This document shows, in pieces, positions 32,103 to 42,130 of a DNA stretch of 64,000 bases. Location: positions 1 to 64,000 of the IMG/VR virus record IMGVR_UViG_3300034103_001442; one strand, written 5' to 3'. Within the stretch, counting starts at the first letter, position 1. Each line of letters starts with the position of its first letter. This DNA comes from a virus. Under the pieces are notes generated by a model. That model was given only the letters and a program-made list of their open reading frames with translations. It was not told where the DNA came from and made no database searches. The translations under genes were made by a program, and so were the position numbers.

Positions 32103-33889
32103 TATTCGCGGACTTGTTGAACGTTAATTTCGACATCTGGTTCAAGAATATTTAGGATGGTATTTTTCGTTGATGTAATATCTTTGAATTTTGGTAGTGC
32201 GTAAATTTTTAGGTAACTCCCATTATATGAAGTGAGGTTGAATCCTCTCGCATCAAGTTGACCATTGGCATAGTCAATTGTACCAACGTCAACAAGTTTT
32301 TGGTGGCTGTCACCAAGCACTGTTGTAACTCTTATGACTCCATTACCGTCATCTTCTAAATTACATTGTTTACCATCAAATGTGAACAAACTTGAACCAA
32401 TTGCATGAACGTCATCAGCGTTGTGAGAGTCGCCAAGTTCAGGGATTGTGTCACTAATTGGAATGCCATAGTTTACAGCGATTCTTTGTGAAGTGTTCAA
32501 TGTTGGGGTCAAATACTTAACAAGTTTAATCTCAGTTTCGTTACTGATAATGCTTGGATCAGACTCATCGATCGTTTTGATAAACTTCGAATAACGTAGT
32601 GTTCTGTTGAAGTTGTTCAAGTTTGTTGAGGCAAAGTCCAAAATCTTCGAAAGCACAAGTGTTCGAATATCATCTGGGTTCAATGATGTAAGGTTAATAT
32701 TGTATTTGATATTTGTAACAATTGACAAATACAAGTATTCAGGTGCGATGAATATTGGCTCCATTGCTACGGTTGCGCGGCTGCGGAGAAAACGTTTGTA
32801 TTCCTCCTCCTTGACCTTTGGAAGACCATCAACATCCTTTAAGTCAATAGACAAAAAGATTCGACCAAATTGTGGCGGTGTTGCATCTTCGCCGCCATAT
32901 GCAGCAACTGTGTTAATTTCTGGAAAATTGATTTTTAGTAGGTTTTCATAGTCTTCAGCGGTAACTGCTCTTTCCTGAGTCGTAAACGCTCTTGGAGCGT
33001 TGTATTTGATTGACTCAAGAGTTTCGTAAACAGAACCTGCTGAAGCAGAAGAAACTGTTCTAACTGTGATGTTTGTTTCGCTGTCAATGGCTTGGGCTGC
33101 ACGAAACACTCTTGCGCCGTTCGGCAATTCACCATTTGATACACGGTACTCAATTACAACAACAGACTCATTCTTTGGTCTGCGTCCAACAATGCCATCA
33201 CCGAAAATAATCTCATATGTGTCGCCGATGTATGGCTGAATGAAGTAAACTTTTGAGAGTGATGTCAAGTCGAATAGCGAGGTTGCGCGTGTGTATGTTT
33301 GAAGCGTTGCACCATTGTCTTCAAGAATTGTAACCTTCAAACTCGCAAGGTCGACATTTTTGTTACTGATTGTATATTTTGTTGGCTTTGTGTAACTTAC
33401 TGGGTAGGTGTCAGTGACATAATCACCCTCATAAACAGTCAGTGTTGTTGTAAATGTGGTATTTGAACTTGTGACAGTTGATGTTTCTGCAGTTGTGAAC
33501 AGGTAAGTGTTTGAGCCAACGCGAGTGCTGAATGCCGTTCCTTTTGGAATTACAATGTTTCTTTTGTCTTGATCGGTAGTTACGATAGTCAGAGCCAGTG
33601 TAGCCTCTGATGACTTAAATGAACGTGGGAGATAGTTCAACTCCTTGGCGTGGCTAACAACACTGTCACGTAACTGAGCACTGTCAAGGAACATTTCGTT
33701 ACCGATCATGTTCATATAGAATGCGTTCTGATACGTGTTATATGCTAACACATCAAGAAGCACATTAATGTTTGATGATTCGTAATCGTAATCCTTGAAT
33801 GCTGATTGTTGTTTTAGAAACGCCTTCAACTCCCTTTTGTAGGAGTCAAAGTCTAAAGAGGTCAATGAGACGCTTGAATTCGCTGCCAT
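32102..33889 (-). CDS. gp6: Baseplate wedge subunit gp6
   Basis: LDFDSYK..LK.FL..Q..FKDYDYE.S...LLDVLAYNT...EMFLDSAQLRDSVVSHAKELNYLPRS; QERAVTAEDY; GGEDATPPQFG. Confidence 0.95.
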   Translation of the reverse strand: MAANSSVSLTSLDFDSYKRELKAFLKQQSAFKDYDYESSNINVLLDVLAYNTYQNAFYMNMIGNEMFLDSAQLRDSVVSHAKELNYLPRSFKSSEATLALTIVTTDQDKRNIVIPKGTAFSTRVGSNTYLFTTAETSTVTSSNTTFTTTLTVYEGDYVTDTYPVSYTKPTKYTISNKNVDLASLKVTILEDNGATLQTYTRATSLFDLTSLSKVYFIQPYIGDTYEIIFGDGIVGRRPKNESVVVIEYRVSNGELPNGARVFRAAQAIDSETNITVRTVSSASAGSVYETLESIKYNAPRAFTTQERAVTAEDYENLLKINFPEINTVAAYGGEDATPPQFGRIFLSIDLKDVDGLPKVKEEEYKRFLRSRATVAMEPIFIAPEYLYLSIVTNIKYNINLTSLNPDDIRTLVLSKILDFASTNLNNFNRTLRYSKFIKTIDESDPSIISNETEIKLVKYLTPTLNTSQRIAVNYGIPISDTIPELGDSHNADDVHAIGSSLFTFDGKQCNLEDDGNGVIRVTTVLGDSHQKLVDVGTIDYANGQLDARGFNLTSYNGSYLKIYALPKFKDITSTKNTILNILEPDVEINVQQVRE

Positions 33890-34311
33890 TATCGTACTCT
33901 ATCTAATTTGATTTGAAGTAATGCTGGATCAGGATTATTTATGACCCTGAAAATAATGTCGATATTATATGTTTGTTCATCGTTACTGAGTGAGATTCTG
34001 ATTTCATCTACAATGGCACGTGGTTCATATTTCTTCAACGTTTCAGAAATCGACACCTTCAAGTTTTCTTTTGTTACAGAGTCTGCTGGTTCAAAGAGAT
34101 ATTTCTTAATGTTTCCACCGAGGTCTGGGGCGAAAAATCTCTCACCTTTATCCGTTGACAATAGGTTTCTGATACTGCGCTTTACAGCCTCAACATTTGT
34201 TCTTTTCAACAACATGCCAGTGTTTGGATGTGCGTTGAGATTCGTCATGAAATCACTATAGATTTCCTTGTTACGCAGGTTTGATTGATCATCTACTCTT
34301 TGAATTGCCAT
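33889..34311 (-). CDS. gp25: Baseplate wedge subunit gp25
   Basis: YSDF...HP...AVKRSIRNLLST.KGERFF.P.LG...LFEP...YEPR. Confidence 0.93.
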   Translation of the reverse strand: MAIQRVDDQSNLRNKEIYSDFMTNLNAHPNTGMLLKRTNVEAVKRSIRNLLSTDKGERFFAPDLGGNIKKYLFEPADSVTKENLKVSISETLKKYEPRAIVDEIRISLSNDEQTYNIDIIFRVINNPDPALLQIKLDRVR

Positions 34312-34342
34312 CAGAGTCTCTTTTTGAAGTATTTGGTTTTAT

Positions 34343-35722
34343 TTAGGCACTGGGTCTGGTTGCAGTAATAACAACTTCTTCTAATTGTTCATCGCCAGGC
34401 AAATAGCCATACTTGGTAAATTTTAACTCAAAACATGCTTTAGGAAGCAGACCGTAAACAACATCTGCTAGGCTGAAAATTGGTTTCAAAATGATATTCA
34501 TCACAGTGCAAACATCAACCTTACCCCTGAAAATGTCAACAAGTTGTATGACAAAATCAAAAATCTTCAGTGCCTGTTTTACGATCGGAATTGTACTTGC
34601 CAATTCTTTCAGAGTTTTGAGAACTTTTTCAAATGCTTTCATAATGAGTTCGACAAAACTCAGTGCTGAGAGCCTTTTCAATTTGTTCATCAAACGATTC
34701 CAGCCATCTTTTATTCTGGCGATCACTTTCTCTTTCATGAATGTTTTGAATTTCTTTATCTCTTCCTCCATGTTAATGTCAAGCATTTCACCCACAGTGT
34801 TTGCACCGAGGAGTGAACTGAATGGTGGGGGAATCGGTATTGCCAAAATAGCATCGATGAATGCATTCATTATCTTACTGGCTTGTTTCTCAAGTTCTGC
34901 CCTAACTTCATCCGCATATTCGCCACTGAGAAGTTTTTTCCTAATTTCTTGGTATTCTTCCTTTGCCTTTTTGTAGAGTTTATCGAAAAACTCTCTCAGT
35001 GTTGTTGTTGGATCAGTGATTGAACCCAACTTGCTTATCAAAGATCCCAAAACAGGAACTTTTTTCAAAAAGTCTGTCATCGCAGTTACGATTTTGGTAA
35101 TTGAAATATCAAACTGCTCATTGATCCAGTCAACTAGTTTTTGCCACAACTCCTCCGCACTGTAGTCTGGCGCAACAATATTCCACTCACCTGTGAAAAA
35201 GTCTGTTACAGTTTCATCAATACTTTTGATGAACTTTTGAGCCTCTTTGGCATATTCAGCCATTGCCGCTTTGATTTTGGCTTTACCCTCTTTGGTGAAC
35301 ACATCGCCGAGTTTACAGTCTGGTAAAAACGGTATTGGTAAGTTTAGTGGGTTTGGTATTGCGAAACTGATAATTTCTACAATTTTGAATAAGATTTCAA
35401 GAAGAAGTTTTTGCAAATACACATCAATGTCTTTGAGAAACTCTCTAACCTTATACTCCATTTCATCCACACCGCATCTTATTTTTGTGAAAACATCGGT
35501 CATTAAGATGCCAGTGATTTCGTTAATCACTTTTTCGATTTCAGCAATAGAGTTTTCTAATTCTTTTGTGCAATCATTATCATTCAACATTGCAGCCTGA
35601 ACTCTCAATTGTGATGGAACACTACCGAGAGTTTTGAAATAGTTTTGCAATGTTTTTGTCATGTCTCCATTTTTGCACTCTATTTGCGGAGGCTCTGGGA
35701 GATATAAAACAAACTTGGACAT
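34343..35722 (-). CDS. Hypothetical alpha-helical protein between gp5 and gp25, C-terminal TonB-box-like motif
   Basis: 459-aa ORF coupled to gp5; amphipathic I/L/F/K/E-rich helices; ends in EQLEEVVITATRPSA. Confidence 0.75.
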   Translation of the reverse strand: MSKFVLYLPEPPQIECKNGDMTKTLQNYFKTLGSVPSQLRVQAAMLNDNDCTKELENSIAEIEKVINEITGILMTDVFTKIRCGVDEMEYKVREFLKDIDVYLQKLLLEILFKIVEIISFAIPNPLNLPIPFLPDCKLGDVFTKEGKAKIKAAMAEYAKEAQKFIKSIDETVTDFFTGEWNIVAPDYSAEELWQKLVDWINEQFDISITKIVTAMTDFLKKVPVLGSLISKLGSITDPTTTLREFFDKLYKKAKEEYQEIRKKLLSGEYADEVRAELEKQASKIMNAFIDAILAIPIPPPFSSLLGANTVGEMLDINMEEEIKKFKTFMKEKVIARIKDGWNRLMNKLKRLSALSFVELIMKAFEKVLKTLKELASTIPIVKQALKIFDFVIQLVDIFRGKVDVCTVMNIILKPIFSLADVVYGLLPKACFELKFTKYGYLPGDEQLEEVVITATRPSA

Positions 35723-35723
35723 T

Positions 35724-36413
35724 TTATGGATTGATTCCGACTATTGGAGCCTGAATGCTTATTGCTGTTGATGAAGTGATGCTGACTTTGTCTTTAGAGA
35801 CAATATTTACTTTTCCATTTATAACTTGAACTTGTAAGTCACCACTATTTACAAACATAAATTTGTCTTGTTCAGTGTATTCAGTGTTGTTTACATTTGA
35901 GATAATATTGATATCACCATTTTCATCCATCATAATATATGAGCCAGACTTGTGAGTTATGTTTAATCTTTCATATCCTGGCGTGTCATCAACTTCAATT
36001 GTATGACCACTTACAGTTTCGTAAACTTTATTAAATGGGTACTGGCTCGCGCTACCATTTTCACCCCTTGCGGCTGCGTTGACATCGTGATTTGCTGGAT
36101 TGCCATTAGGTTTTGGAATATGAAACGTTCCCATAACAACAGGAATGTTTTTCTCTTTACCATCCATGTAAAATCCAACCACGTGTGAACCAACTTCAAT
36201 TCCTGTTGGCGACCAACCTTTACCTCTATATGAAGATGAGGTTGGTGGCATCATAATGATAGCCCATGGGAGTTTGTCATCAGATATTTTATCAAAATGT
36301 TCATTGATGACCTTGATTTGAACCCTACCTGCTTTGTCTGGATCGTCGCTGTTGTTAACAACTTCGCCAACGAACCAAACAAATGTTCCCTCGCCGATAG
36401 TACTGAAACTCAT
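35724..36413 (-). CDS. gp5: Baseplate spike gp5 (OB-fold plus short beta-helix, no lysozyme domain)
   Basis: FVWFVGEV...DP...GRVQ...LPWA...GS.VVGFYMDG...PVVMG; YPFNKVYETVSGHTIEVDDTPGYERL...HKSG. Confidence 0.9.
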   Translation of the reverse strand: MSFSTIGEGTFVWFVGEVVNNSDDPDKAGRVQIKVINEHFDKISDDKLPWAIIMMPPTSSSYRGKGWSPTGIEVGSHVVGFYMDGKEKNIPVVMGTFHIPKPNGNPANHDVNAAARGENGSASQYPFNKVYETVSGHTIEVDDTPGYERLNITHKSGSYIMMDENGDINIISNVNNTEYTEQDKFMFVNSGDLQVQVINGKVNIVSKDKVSITSSTAISIQAPIVGINP

Positions 36414-36416
36414 AAT

Positions 36417-37658
36417 TTACTCCTTCAAAAATCCTGTTTTGAGCACTTCACATGCTTGAGTGTACATGGCTTGTCCAGTTGGTCTAATGATATGTCTAAT
36501 TTTTGTAATCAGATAATTACCTGATAACATTTTGTTTGTAGATTTTTCAGTCATACCGTCTGCATTTGGGAATTCGATATTGATAACTGAACCAGCAGTA
36601 AGTGCTGAGTCGCCCCAAATTTCTATGTTTAAAATGTTACTCATTAAACGAGAAAGATATGGGGTAATAAAATTTTCTTTCTTGACTCTTTCTAAATCTT
36701 TTTCATTTTTAATAGCAATGATTGTATTTGTTGCGTTTTTATCATCACCTTGATATTTTGCGGCAATGTCTTTTCTAACAGTGAAAGACTCTTGATCTAT
36801 GTTAAATTGACCATCGTCTTTAGTCTTTTCGAACTTGTAGGGTTCAGTTGTTCCTGTTTCTAAATTAAACGCCCAAACAACATTTTGCACGCCACCAATT
36901 GCGATTGTCTCCAAAAGGTTTTGATTTGAAATTTGTTTAGCAGCGAGTATGTTTCTCCAATCAGTGCTTTCGACACCAACTTTGCTTACAGTTTCAAATG
37001 TAAAATTTCTATCGCCATTGACTACAGTAGGATCTTTTTTACCTTCGGCGATTAAGTTTTCGATTGTGGAAAATGTATACCCGAAACGATTTTCAAAAAA
37101 GCAGTAAGATGAAGACTTGTTATTTCTTGATACAGACCTGCGTCTTATTTTATCAATAGCCTGAAATGGTTTTAGTTTAGTGACATTTACAGTATCCATG
37201 CCAAGTGTTTTTTCAAATACAAATTTTTTCTTTGTCTTCAACCCATTTTGTAATATGACTGAGATCATATCTTCTGGTTGTTTTTCTTTAAAAATTTCAG
37301 TAATGGTTTGCGCTGCACCCTCAAACAACTCTGGGCTAGACATCCGAACTGTATACGTTTTGTATGAACTACTTGACCCAACTTTTACATCAGTCACGGA
37401 GTCGATTTTGAATTTGAATAAAGAGTTTTCAACACCTTCATAAGTGCAATATTCTATATCTACATCACTACCAGCCAAATCAACTCTTTCTAGTAAACCA
37501 GCCCCATCATAAACGAACATATCAGCATGAATGCAAGGCGCAATCACACTTTCGTAAATATCAATTCTGGTTATAAAACCAACCAAGTCCACTTCGCCAT
37601 TTTTGTGTATCAGCTTGAATCGCTTGATATCAATATTACCAGGATTTAAAATATTCAT
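36417..37658 (-). CDS. Baseplate hub protein (gp27-like)
   Basis: IYES...FFENRFGY.F.TIE.L...GDSALTAG.VI.IEFP...SGNYLITKIRH; lies between gp53 and gp5. Confidence 0.75.
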   Translation of the reverse strand: MNILNPGNIDIKRFKLIHKNGEVDLVGFITRIDIYESVIAPCIHADMFVYDGAGLLERVDLAGSDVDIEYCTYEGVENSLFKFKIDSVTDVKVGSSSSYKTYTVRMSSPELFEGAAQTITEIFKEKQPEDMISVILQNGLKTKKKFVFEKTLGMDTVNVTKLKPFQAIDKIRRRSVSRNNKSSSYCFFENRFGYTFSTIENLIAEGKKDPTVVNGDRNFTFETVSKVGVESTDWRNILAAKQISNQNLLETIAIGGVQNVVWAFNLETGTTEPYKFEKTKDDGQFNIDQESFTVRKDIAAKYQGDDKNATNTIIAIKNEKDLERVKKENFITPYLSRLMSNILNIEIWGDSALTAGSVINIEFPNADGMTEKSTNKMLSGNYLITKIRHIIRPTGQAMYTQACEVLKTGFLKE

Positions 37659-38536
37659 TATGACCTCAAGAGTTCACTTAATTGCTCTTCCGCTTTTCCT
37701 TTTTGGCTGTTTCTGAGTAATATGATATCTCTTTTCTTTTGGTTTTCTTCAATTTCGTAATCATATGCACTAACTGGAGTCCAGTAAGAGACTTCATCAT
37801 TTGGGATATTCAAGACTGTTTGAGCAACACTGCTTACTGTATATTCGTATTGAGTGTTTTTGTATTTACTTACCAAAATGTTATTTGTAGTTGTTACAAA
37901 TTCTCCATCAAGGTTTTTAAAAGTCATTGTAGAAGTTTCGGCATTAAATGCCGCCAACTGCGCTTTTGCCACTGGAGTCGCATTGCCATCTTCATATTGT
38001 AAGTAAACATCATCAACTGCAGCAAAATCTACTGTATCAACTACAAGTGTGACCAACTTGTTTGTTGAGACTGTCCAATCAATCTTTTTACGAGAGTAAC
38101 CAGTGACGTTTCCGAAATAATCTATTTCAGATGTGTAGTATTTTCTTTTTGCTACTGATAGTTGATAATATTCTTTTTCACTTATTGAAGGTTGACTGAC
38201 CCAGTTGTTTCTGTAAAACAAAATGTAATCTCTAGCATAACTCAAAGAGGTATACTTCTCGATAATCTTTTTATTTAAAATTTCGTCTGATAATACAACA
38301 TCATAATATGGGTCGACAATTTCATTACTAAAATAATACAGCCAATCATAATATGGATTGTTGTAGTATTTTTCCGCAACCGTGTCAGCCCTCAGTACAG
38401 AAGACTCCAAACGGTGAGGAACAAAATTTACTGGATTGTTTTTTGTTTCTTCAGACAAACGAGCACGAGCCAAAATGTTTTTGACTGGACTGCCATTGTA
38501 AACGATAGTTGGAAATTTGTCGAAATATTTTGCCAT
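37658..38536 (-). CDS. gp53: Baseplate wedge subunit gp53
   Basis: MAKYFDKFPTI.Y...RADTVAEKYY....YDW....N.IVDP; C-terminal YDYE.EENQKKRDI.LL. Confidence 0.88.
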   Translation of the reverse strand: MAKYFDKFPTIVYNGSPVKNILARARLSEETKNNPVNFVPHRLESSVLRADTVAEKYYNNPYYDWLYYFSNEIVDPYYDVVLSDEILNKKIIEKYTSLSYARDYILFYRNNWVSQPSISEKEYYQLSVAKRKYYTSEIDYFGNVTGYSRKKIDWTVSTNKLVTLVVDTVDFAAVDDVYLQYEDGNATPVAKAQLAAFNAETSTMTFKNLDGEFVTTTNNILVSKYKNTQYEYTVSSVAQTVLNIPNDEVSYWTPVSAYDYEIEENQKKRDIILLRNSQKGKAEEQLSELLRS

Positions 38537-38537
38537 T

Positions 38538-40061
38538 TTATGTTACTGGTTTGTTTGTTACTTTAGCACTGTTGCCATTGTTGTTGTACATAAAGTTGAC
38601 CCCACCTTTATAATTGGTGTCCTCTTCAAGACCTAGAGTCAAGAGAAACGTCGATGCCGTGGTTATATTTCTAACGTCATGATCGCCAAAATCATTTGGC
38701 GGTTCACTTATATACCTACTACCATCACTTGTTACATATACAACTCTTGAACCGTCTTTATTGGTGTATTTTTTCGTAGTGCTTACAACTGTTCCGTTTT
38801 GCCCCTTTGTATCACTTGAGGCGACAGGCGTTGTATTGGCTCCTGTTCCACTGGTTGAAGAGTTTTCTACTTCAGCTGTTGCATTAGTCATAGCCACAAG
38901 GTCTTTAACTTCTTGTACAGCATTTTCGATTACGCCCACGGCTGAGGTGTTTGATTTTCTTCCATAATCGTCGGAGGTAAAGTATTCAATTTCTAATAAA
39001 GATACACTCAATAAAATAAATGATGGGGCTGGGTTTGTCCCACTGTTAAAAAAGGTTGGAGAGTCTGGCGCGTAATTTACTGAAACGTTTTCGATCATGC
39101 AGTGTTTGAAGGTGTACAAGTTACTTTTAGTGTTATTTTCTATATCATCATCACTTGACGCCCAAGGCATCAATTTAACCTTAATCATTTCTGGCATTTC
39201 TAATAGATTTACACTATCACTAATGAATGCTGGCAGTGCCGCTTGTTTTAATCTCAATAATAATTTACGTAGCGTTTCGCTTTCTTCTGCATTATTTGGG
39301 GCAAACAACCAATCAAAACGGTGTCTACGTAATGTTGGAGATTTAAACAATGCAGAAATGTGAGGGTTTGGTATTGCGCCAGCCATTTGCTGAGCCACTG
39401 CGAAAATTTGATTCGCCACAAATTCTTTTGCGGTATATGCTCCTGCGGTTACTAAAGCAGTTTTCGCAGCATCGGCTGCAGACTTACCCTGAAGGTCTTG
39501 AACAGTTGCTGGAGACGTAACGGCTCCAACAAGACCAAGTTCTAAACTAGAATCATATGATATTTCATGTCTATCTTCTAAAGTTCTAGGTAAAGGTAGG
39601 ATGATTACGTCTCTTACCTCCATTTCTGCTTTAGATTGAGGTGTTGGTCTTTTATATTTTTTGATTTCCAAACGCATATGGTAATCATTTAACGTTGATG
39701 GAAATCTCAAAACGTTAGAAGCATCGCCTTGGGTTTCTGTTTCTAACGTTCCTGGATCATCTGCATCCGCATCAATTAGACCACGATTTTGCTGAATTTC
39801 CTCTTTGGTTGCTCTGTTAATGTCTTTACCGAGAGCGCCGAAAAACTCTGCTGCTAGATCAGCGACGATTGCATCGCCGAGTTGGCTAACAATATTTTTA
39901 CCAGAACCTTGACCGAGACCAACCTTGGCCAAAGCATCAGAAAGGGCACCAGTCAATTTCTCTTCGGCTTTTGCTTGAAGTTTATCTGCCAAACTGTTGG
40001 CAAACTTTTTGATTGGATTTTTTTCTTTTTTGAAAAGATCTGATACGTTTAAGTCTGCCAT
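38538..40061 (-). CDS. gp48: Baseplate tail-tube cap gp48
   Basis: I.LPLP...NPH...LFKSP.LRRH.FDW.FAP.N.EES...C.IENVSVNYAP...L.VSLLEIE; divergent from gp4. Confidence 0.8.
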   Translation of the reverse strand: MADLNVSDLFKKEKNPIKKFANSLADKLQAKAEEKLTGALSDALAKVGLGQGSGKNIVSQLGDAIVADLAAEFFGALGKDINRATKEEIQQNRGLIDADADDPGTLETETQGDASNVLRFPSTLNDYHMRLEIKKYKRPTPQSKAEMEVRDVIILPLPRTLEDRHEISYDSSLELGLVGAVTSPATVQDLQGKSAADAAKTALVTAGAYTAKEFVANQIFAVAQQMAGAIPNPHISALFKSPTLRRHRFDWLFAPNNAEESETLRKLLLRLKQAALPAFISDSVNLLEMPEMIKVKLMPWASSDDDIENNTKSNLYTFKHCMIENVSVNYAPDSPTFFNSGTNPAPSFILLSVSLLEIEYFTSDDYGRKSNTSAVGVIENAVQEVKDLVAMTNATAEVENSSTSGTGANTTPVASSDTKGQNGTVVSTTKKYTNKDGSRVVYVTSDGSRYISEPPNDFGDHDVRNITTASTFLLTLGLEEDTNYKGGVNFMYNNNGNSAKVTNKPVT

Positions 40062-40090
40062 TGATTCACGCCGAGGTAGATGTTACGGAT

Positions 40091-40102
40091 TATTTATAAA
40101 TA
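40091..40102. promoter_or_regulatory. Bidirectional T4-type late promoter (TATTTATAAATA)
   Basis: Perfect palindrome giving TATAAATA on both strands between the divergent gp48 and gp4 genes. Confidence 0.9.
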
Positions 40103-40108
40103 CCTCCC

Positions 40109-40552
40109 ATGGCTTATCAAGGTGTGTTTAAGCCCAAGAACCCACAAAAATACTTGGGCAACCCTACAAATATCATTTATCGTAGCCGCTGGGAGTTGAT
40201 TTTTATGTCATATCTTGACTCCCAGCAGAACGTCATTCAGTGGGCATCTGAAGAGTTTTGCATTCCATACAGATCACCAATGGACAACCGTGTACATCGC
40301 TACTTTCCAGACTTTTTGGTGAAGAAAAAGACACCCGAGAATCAAATAGAGACGCTCGTAGTTGAAATCAAACCAATGAGCCAATCCAAACCCCCAAAGC
40401 CGCAAACAGGCAAGCCGACACGTGCCTACCTCCGCGAGGTGTACAACTGGGGTATTAATTCAGCCAAGTGGGAAGCGGCGAATAAATATTGTGAAGAAAG
40501 AGGGTGGAAATTTCTGGTCATTGGGGAAAAAGAACTTGGCATCAATTTTTGA
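40109..40552 (+). CDS. gp4: Head completion nuclease gp4
   Basis: MAYQGVFKPKNPQKYLGNPTNIIYRSRWE...WASEE..IPY.SP.D..VHRYFPDF...VEIKP...KWEAA. Confidence 0.95.
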   Translation: MAYQGVFKPKNPQKYLGNPTNIIYRSRWELIFMSYLDSQQNVIQWASEEFCIPYRSPMDNRVHRYFPDFLVKKKTPENQIETLVVEIKPMSQSKPPKPQTGKPTRAYLREVYNWGINSAKWEAANKYCEERGWKFLVIGEKELGINF

Positions 40553-41132
40553 CAGAATCGTAATTCAGGGTGTTCGTGAGGGTAAAATCCCAGCACGCAC
40601 TCAAGATGCACGCAATTGGTTCCGTGACACGGCTCAGAAAATCAGAGCAGTGAATGAGCGCAGCCTGATGAAAAACGAAAAAGATCGTTTGGTCAGTCAG
40701 CCAATCGTCGGTAGCATGTACATGTTCTATTATGACCCAAAGTATGCTGCTGAACTGCCATACTATGACAGATTTCCTCTCGTTTTCCCATACAAAAAGG
40801 TTGAGGGTGGCTTTTATGGGCTCAACCTTCACTATTTACCACTGCAATACCGAGCAAAATTGATGGATGGTTTGTACAGTTTCGCAAACAACACTCGCTA
40901 TGATGAGTCAACAAAACTCAAAATGAGTTATCAACTGCTATCAAATGCAGCCAAACTTCGTTTTTTCGAACCTTGTTTGAAGAGATATTTGATTGACCAT
41001 GTGGGATCTAAATTCATGTATGTTTACCCATCAGAGTGGGATATTGCATTGTTTTTACCAACAGAAAGATTTGCCAAAAAGACCAAGTCACAAGTCTGGG
41101 CAGACTCTAAACGCATGCTGGGAGGCATATAA
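40536..41132 (+). CDS. gp2: DNA end protector protein gp2
   Basis: G.MYMFYYDPK...LPYYDRFPL...GLNLHYLP...C.KRYL..HV...LP.ERF. Probable start is TTG 40536 (LASIFD...) rather than 40422. Confidence 0.9.
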   Translation: MASIFDRIVIQGVREGKIPARTQDARNWFRDTAQKIRAVNERSLMKNEKDRLVSQPIVGSMYMFYYDPKYAAELPYYDRFPLVFPYKKVEGGFYGLNLHYLPLQYRAKLMDGLYSFANNTRYDESTKLKMSYQLLSNAAKLRFFEPCLKRYLIDHVGSKFMYVYPSEWDIALFLPTERFAKKTKSQVWADSKRMLGGI

Positions 41133-42112
41133 TGGCTGAGTCTTTAGAAGAAGCAATTGCAGTTGCCAACCAACAGGCTGGGTTAGATCAAAAAAATAAA
41201 AACACGCTTGGTGGTCCAACCAGTTATGCAGCCACAGAAACATTAAGAAATCGTCCTGCTGCAGAGCAATTAAATGCTGAACAAGAATTGGAAACTGTTA
41301 CTGTTGTTTCCCGCGCAAGACCATTTAACATTAATGAATTTAGATCAGAACTCAACACAAATGGAGTTTTGCGTAGCCACAGTTTTACAATGGTTATGCA
41401 ACCGCCAAAAATGTTTTCTGATAATGAACAATTTTTAACTGTTTTTGGTGATGAAACGTTTAGTGGTCCAATCCAAAATCCAGATTTAAGAAATCTAATA
41501 ATGCGTTGTGAATCTGTCGTTGTTCCTGGTGTAAACTTTTTTACATCTGACAATATTAGACGCTATGGTTATGGTCCAATTGAACGTCGCCCATATTTGC
41601 CACAGTTTAACCCAATCACCGCAACATTTGTTGTTGATAGGGCTGCTGAAGTAATTCGCTTTTTTCACCTGTGGAATAATGGTATCATGAACCATGACGT
41701 TTTTGTGGGGGGATTCAATGGCTCTCCAGACACTGTTTCAAAACCATACTTTTTGCGATATAAAGACGATTATATTAGCCCACAGTTGACGATTTTCGTA
41801 TATGATGAAAAATTTCAACAGTCATTTGTTGTTAAATTGAGAGACGCTTACCCATTGACAACAACAGATATTTCAATGTCGTGGGGTGCAACAGATGATG
41901 TTATTAGATACAGCGTAACATTTATGTACACTGATATGGCAATTGATTTCAAGTCGATAGGAACTGGTGGTGGTAAAATACTCGCATCTGCTGACAGTGG
42001 TCCAGATTTCAAAGCGGGCAAAGGTATTGTTGATAAGATTAAAAACCTTGTCAATGGAAAAATTTATTCAGCCCAAGAAAAGATTACAAATAAGATTTTA
42101 AATTCATTTTAA
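41132..42112 (+). CDS. Tail tube initiator / tube-like protein (gp54-like) with N-terminal extension
   Basis: FNINEFRS...G..R...F...RCESVVVPG...Y.DDY...L..AYP......MSW......SVTF.Y tube-fold motifs. Confidence 0.75.
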   Translation: MAESLEEAIAVANQQAGLDQKNKNTLGGPTSYAATETLRNRPAAEQLNAEQELETVTVVSRARPFNINEFRSELNTNGVLRSHSFTMVMQPPKMFSDNEQFLTVFGDETFSGPIQNPDLRNLIMRCESVVVPGVNFFTSDNIRRYGYGPIERRPYLPQFNPITATFVVDRAAEVIRFFHLWNNGIMNHDVFVGGFNGSPDTVSKPYFLRYKDDYISPQLTIFVYDEKFQQSFVVKLRDAYPLTTTDISMSWGATDDVIRYSVTFMYTDMAIDFKSIGTGGGKILASADSGPDFKAGKGIVDKIKNLVNGKIYSAQEKITNKILNSF

Positions 42113-42130
42113 TGAAATGAGGAGTTGATC

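Noticed and set aside
40422-40535. N-terminal extension of gp2 in the ORF track
   Set aside because: Overlaps gp4; family similarity starts at TTG 40536.
40109-40552. TnsA transposase / Tn7 element
   Set aside because: The TnsA-like fold is a property of T4 gp4; synteny with gp2 and gp48 and absence of other tns genes indicate gp4.
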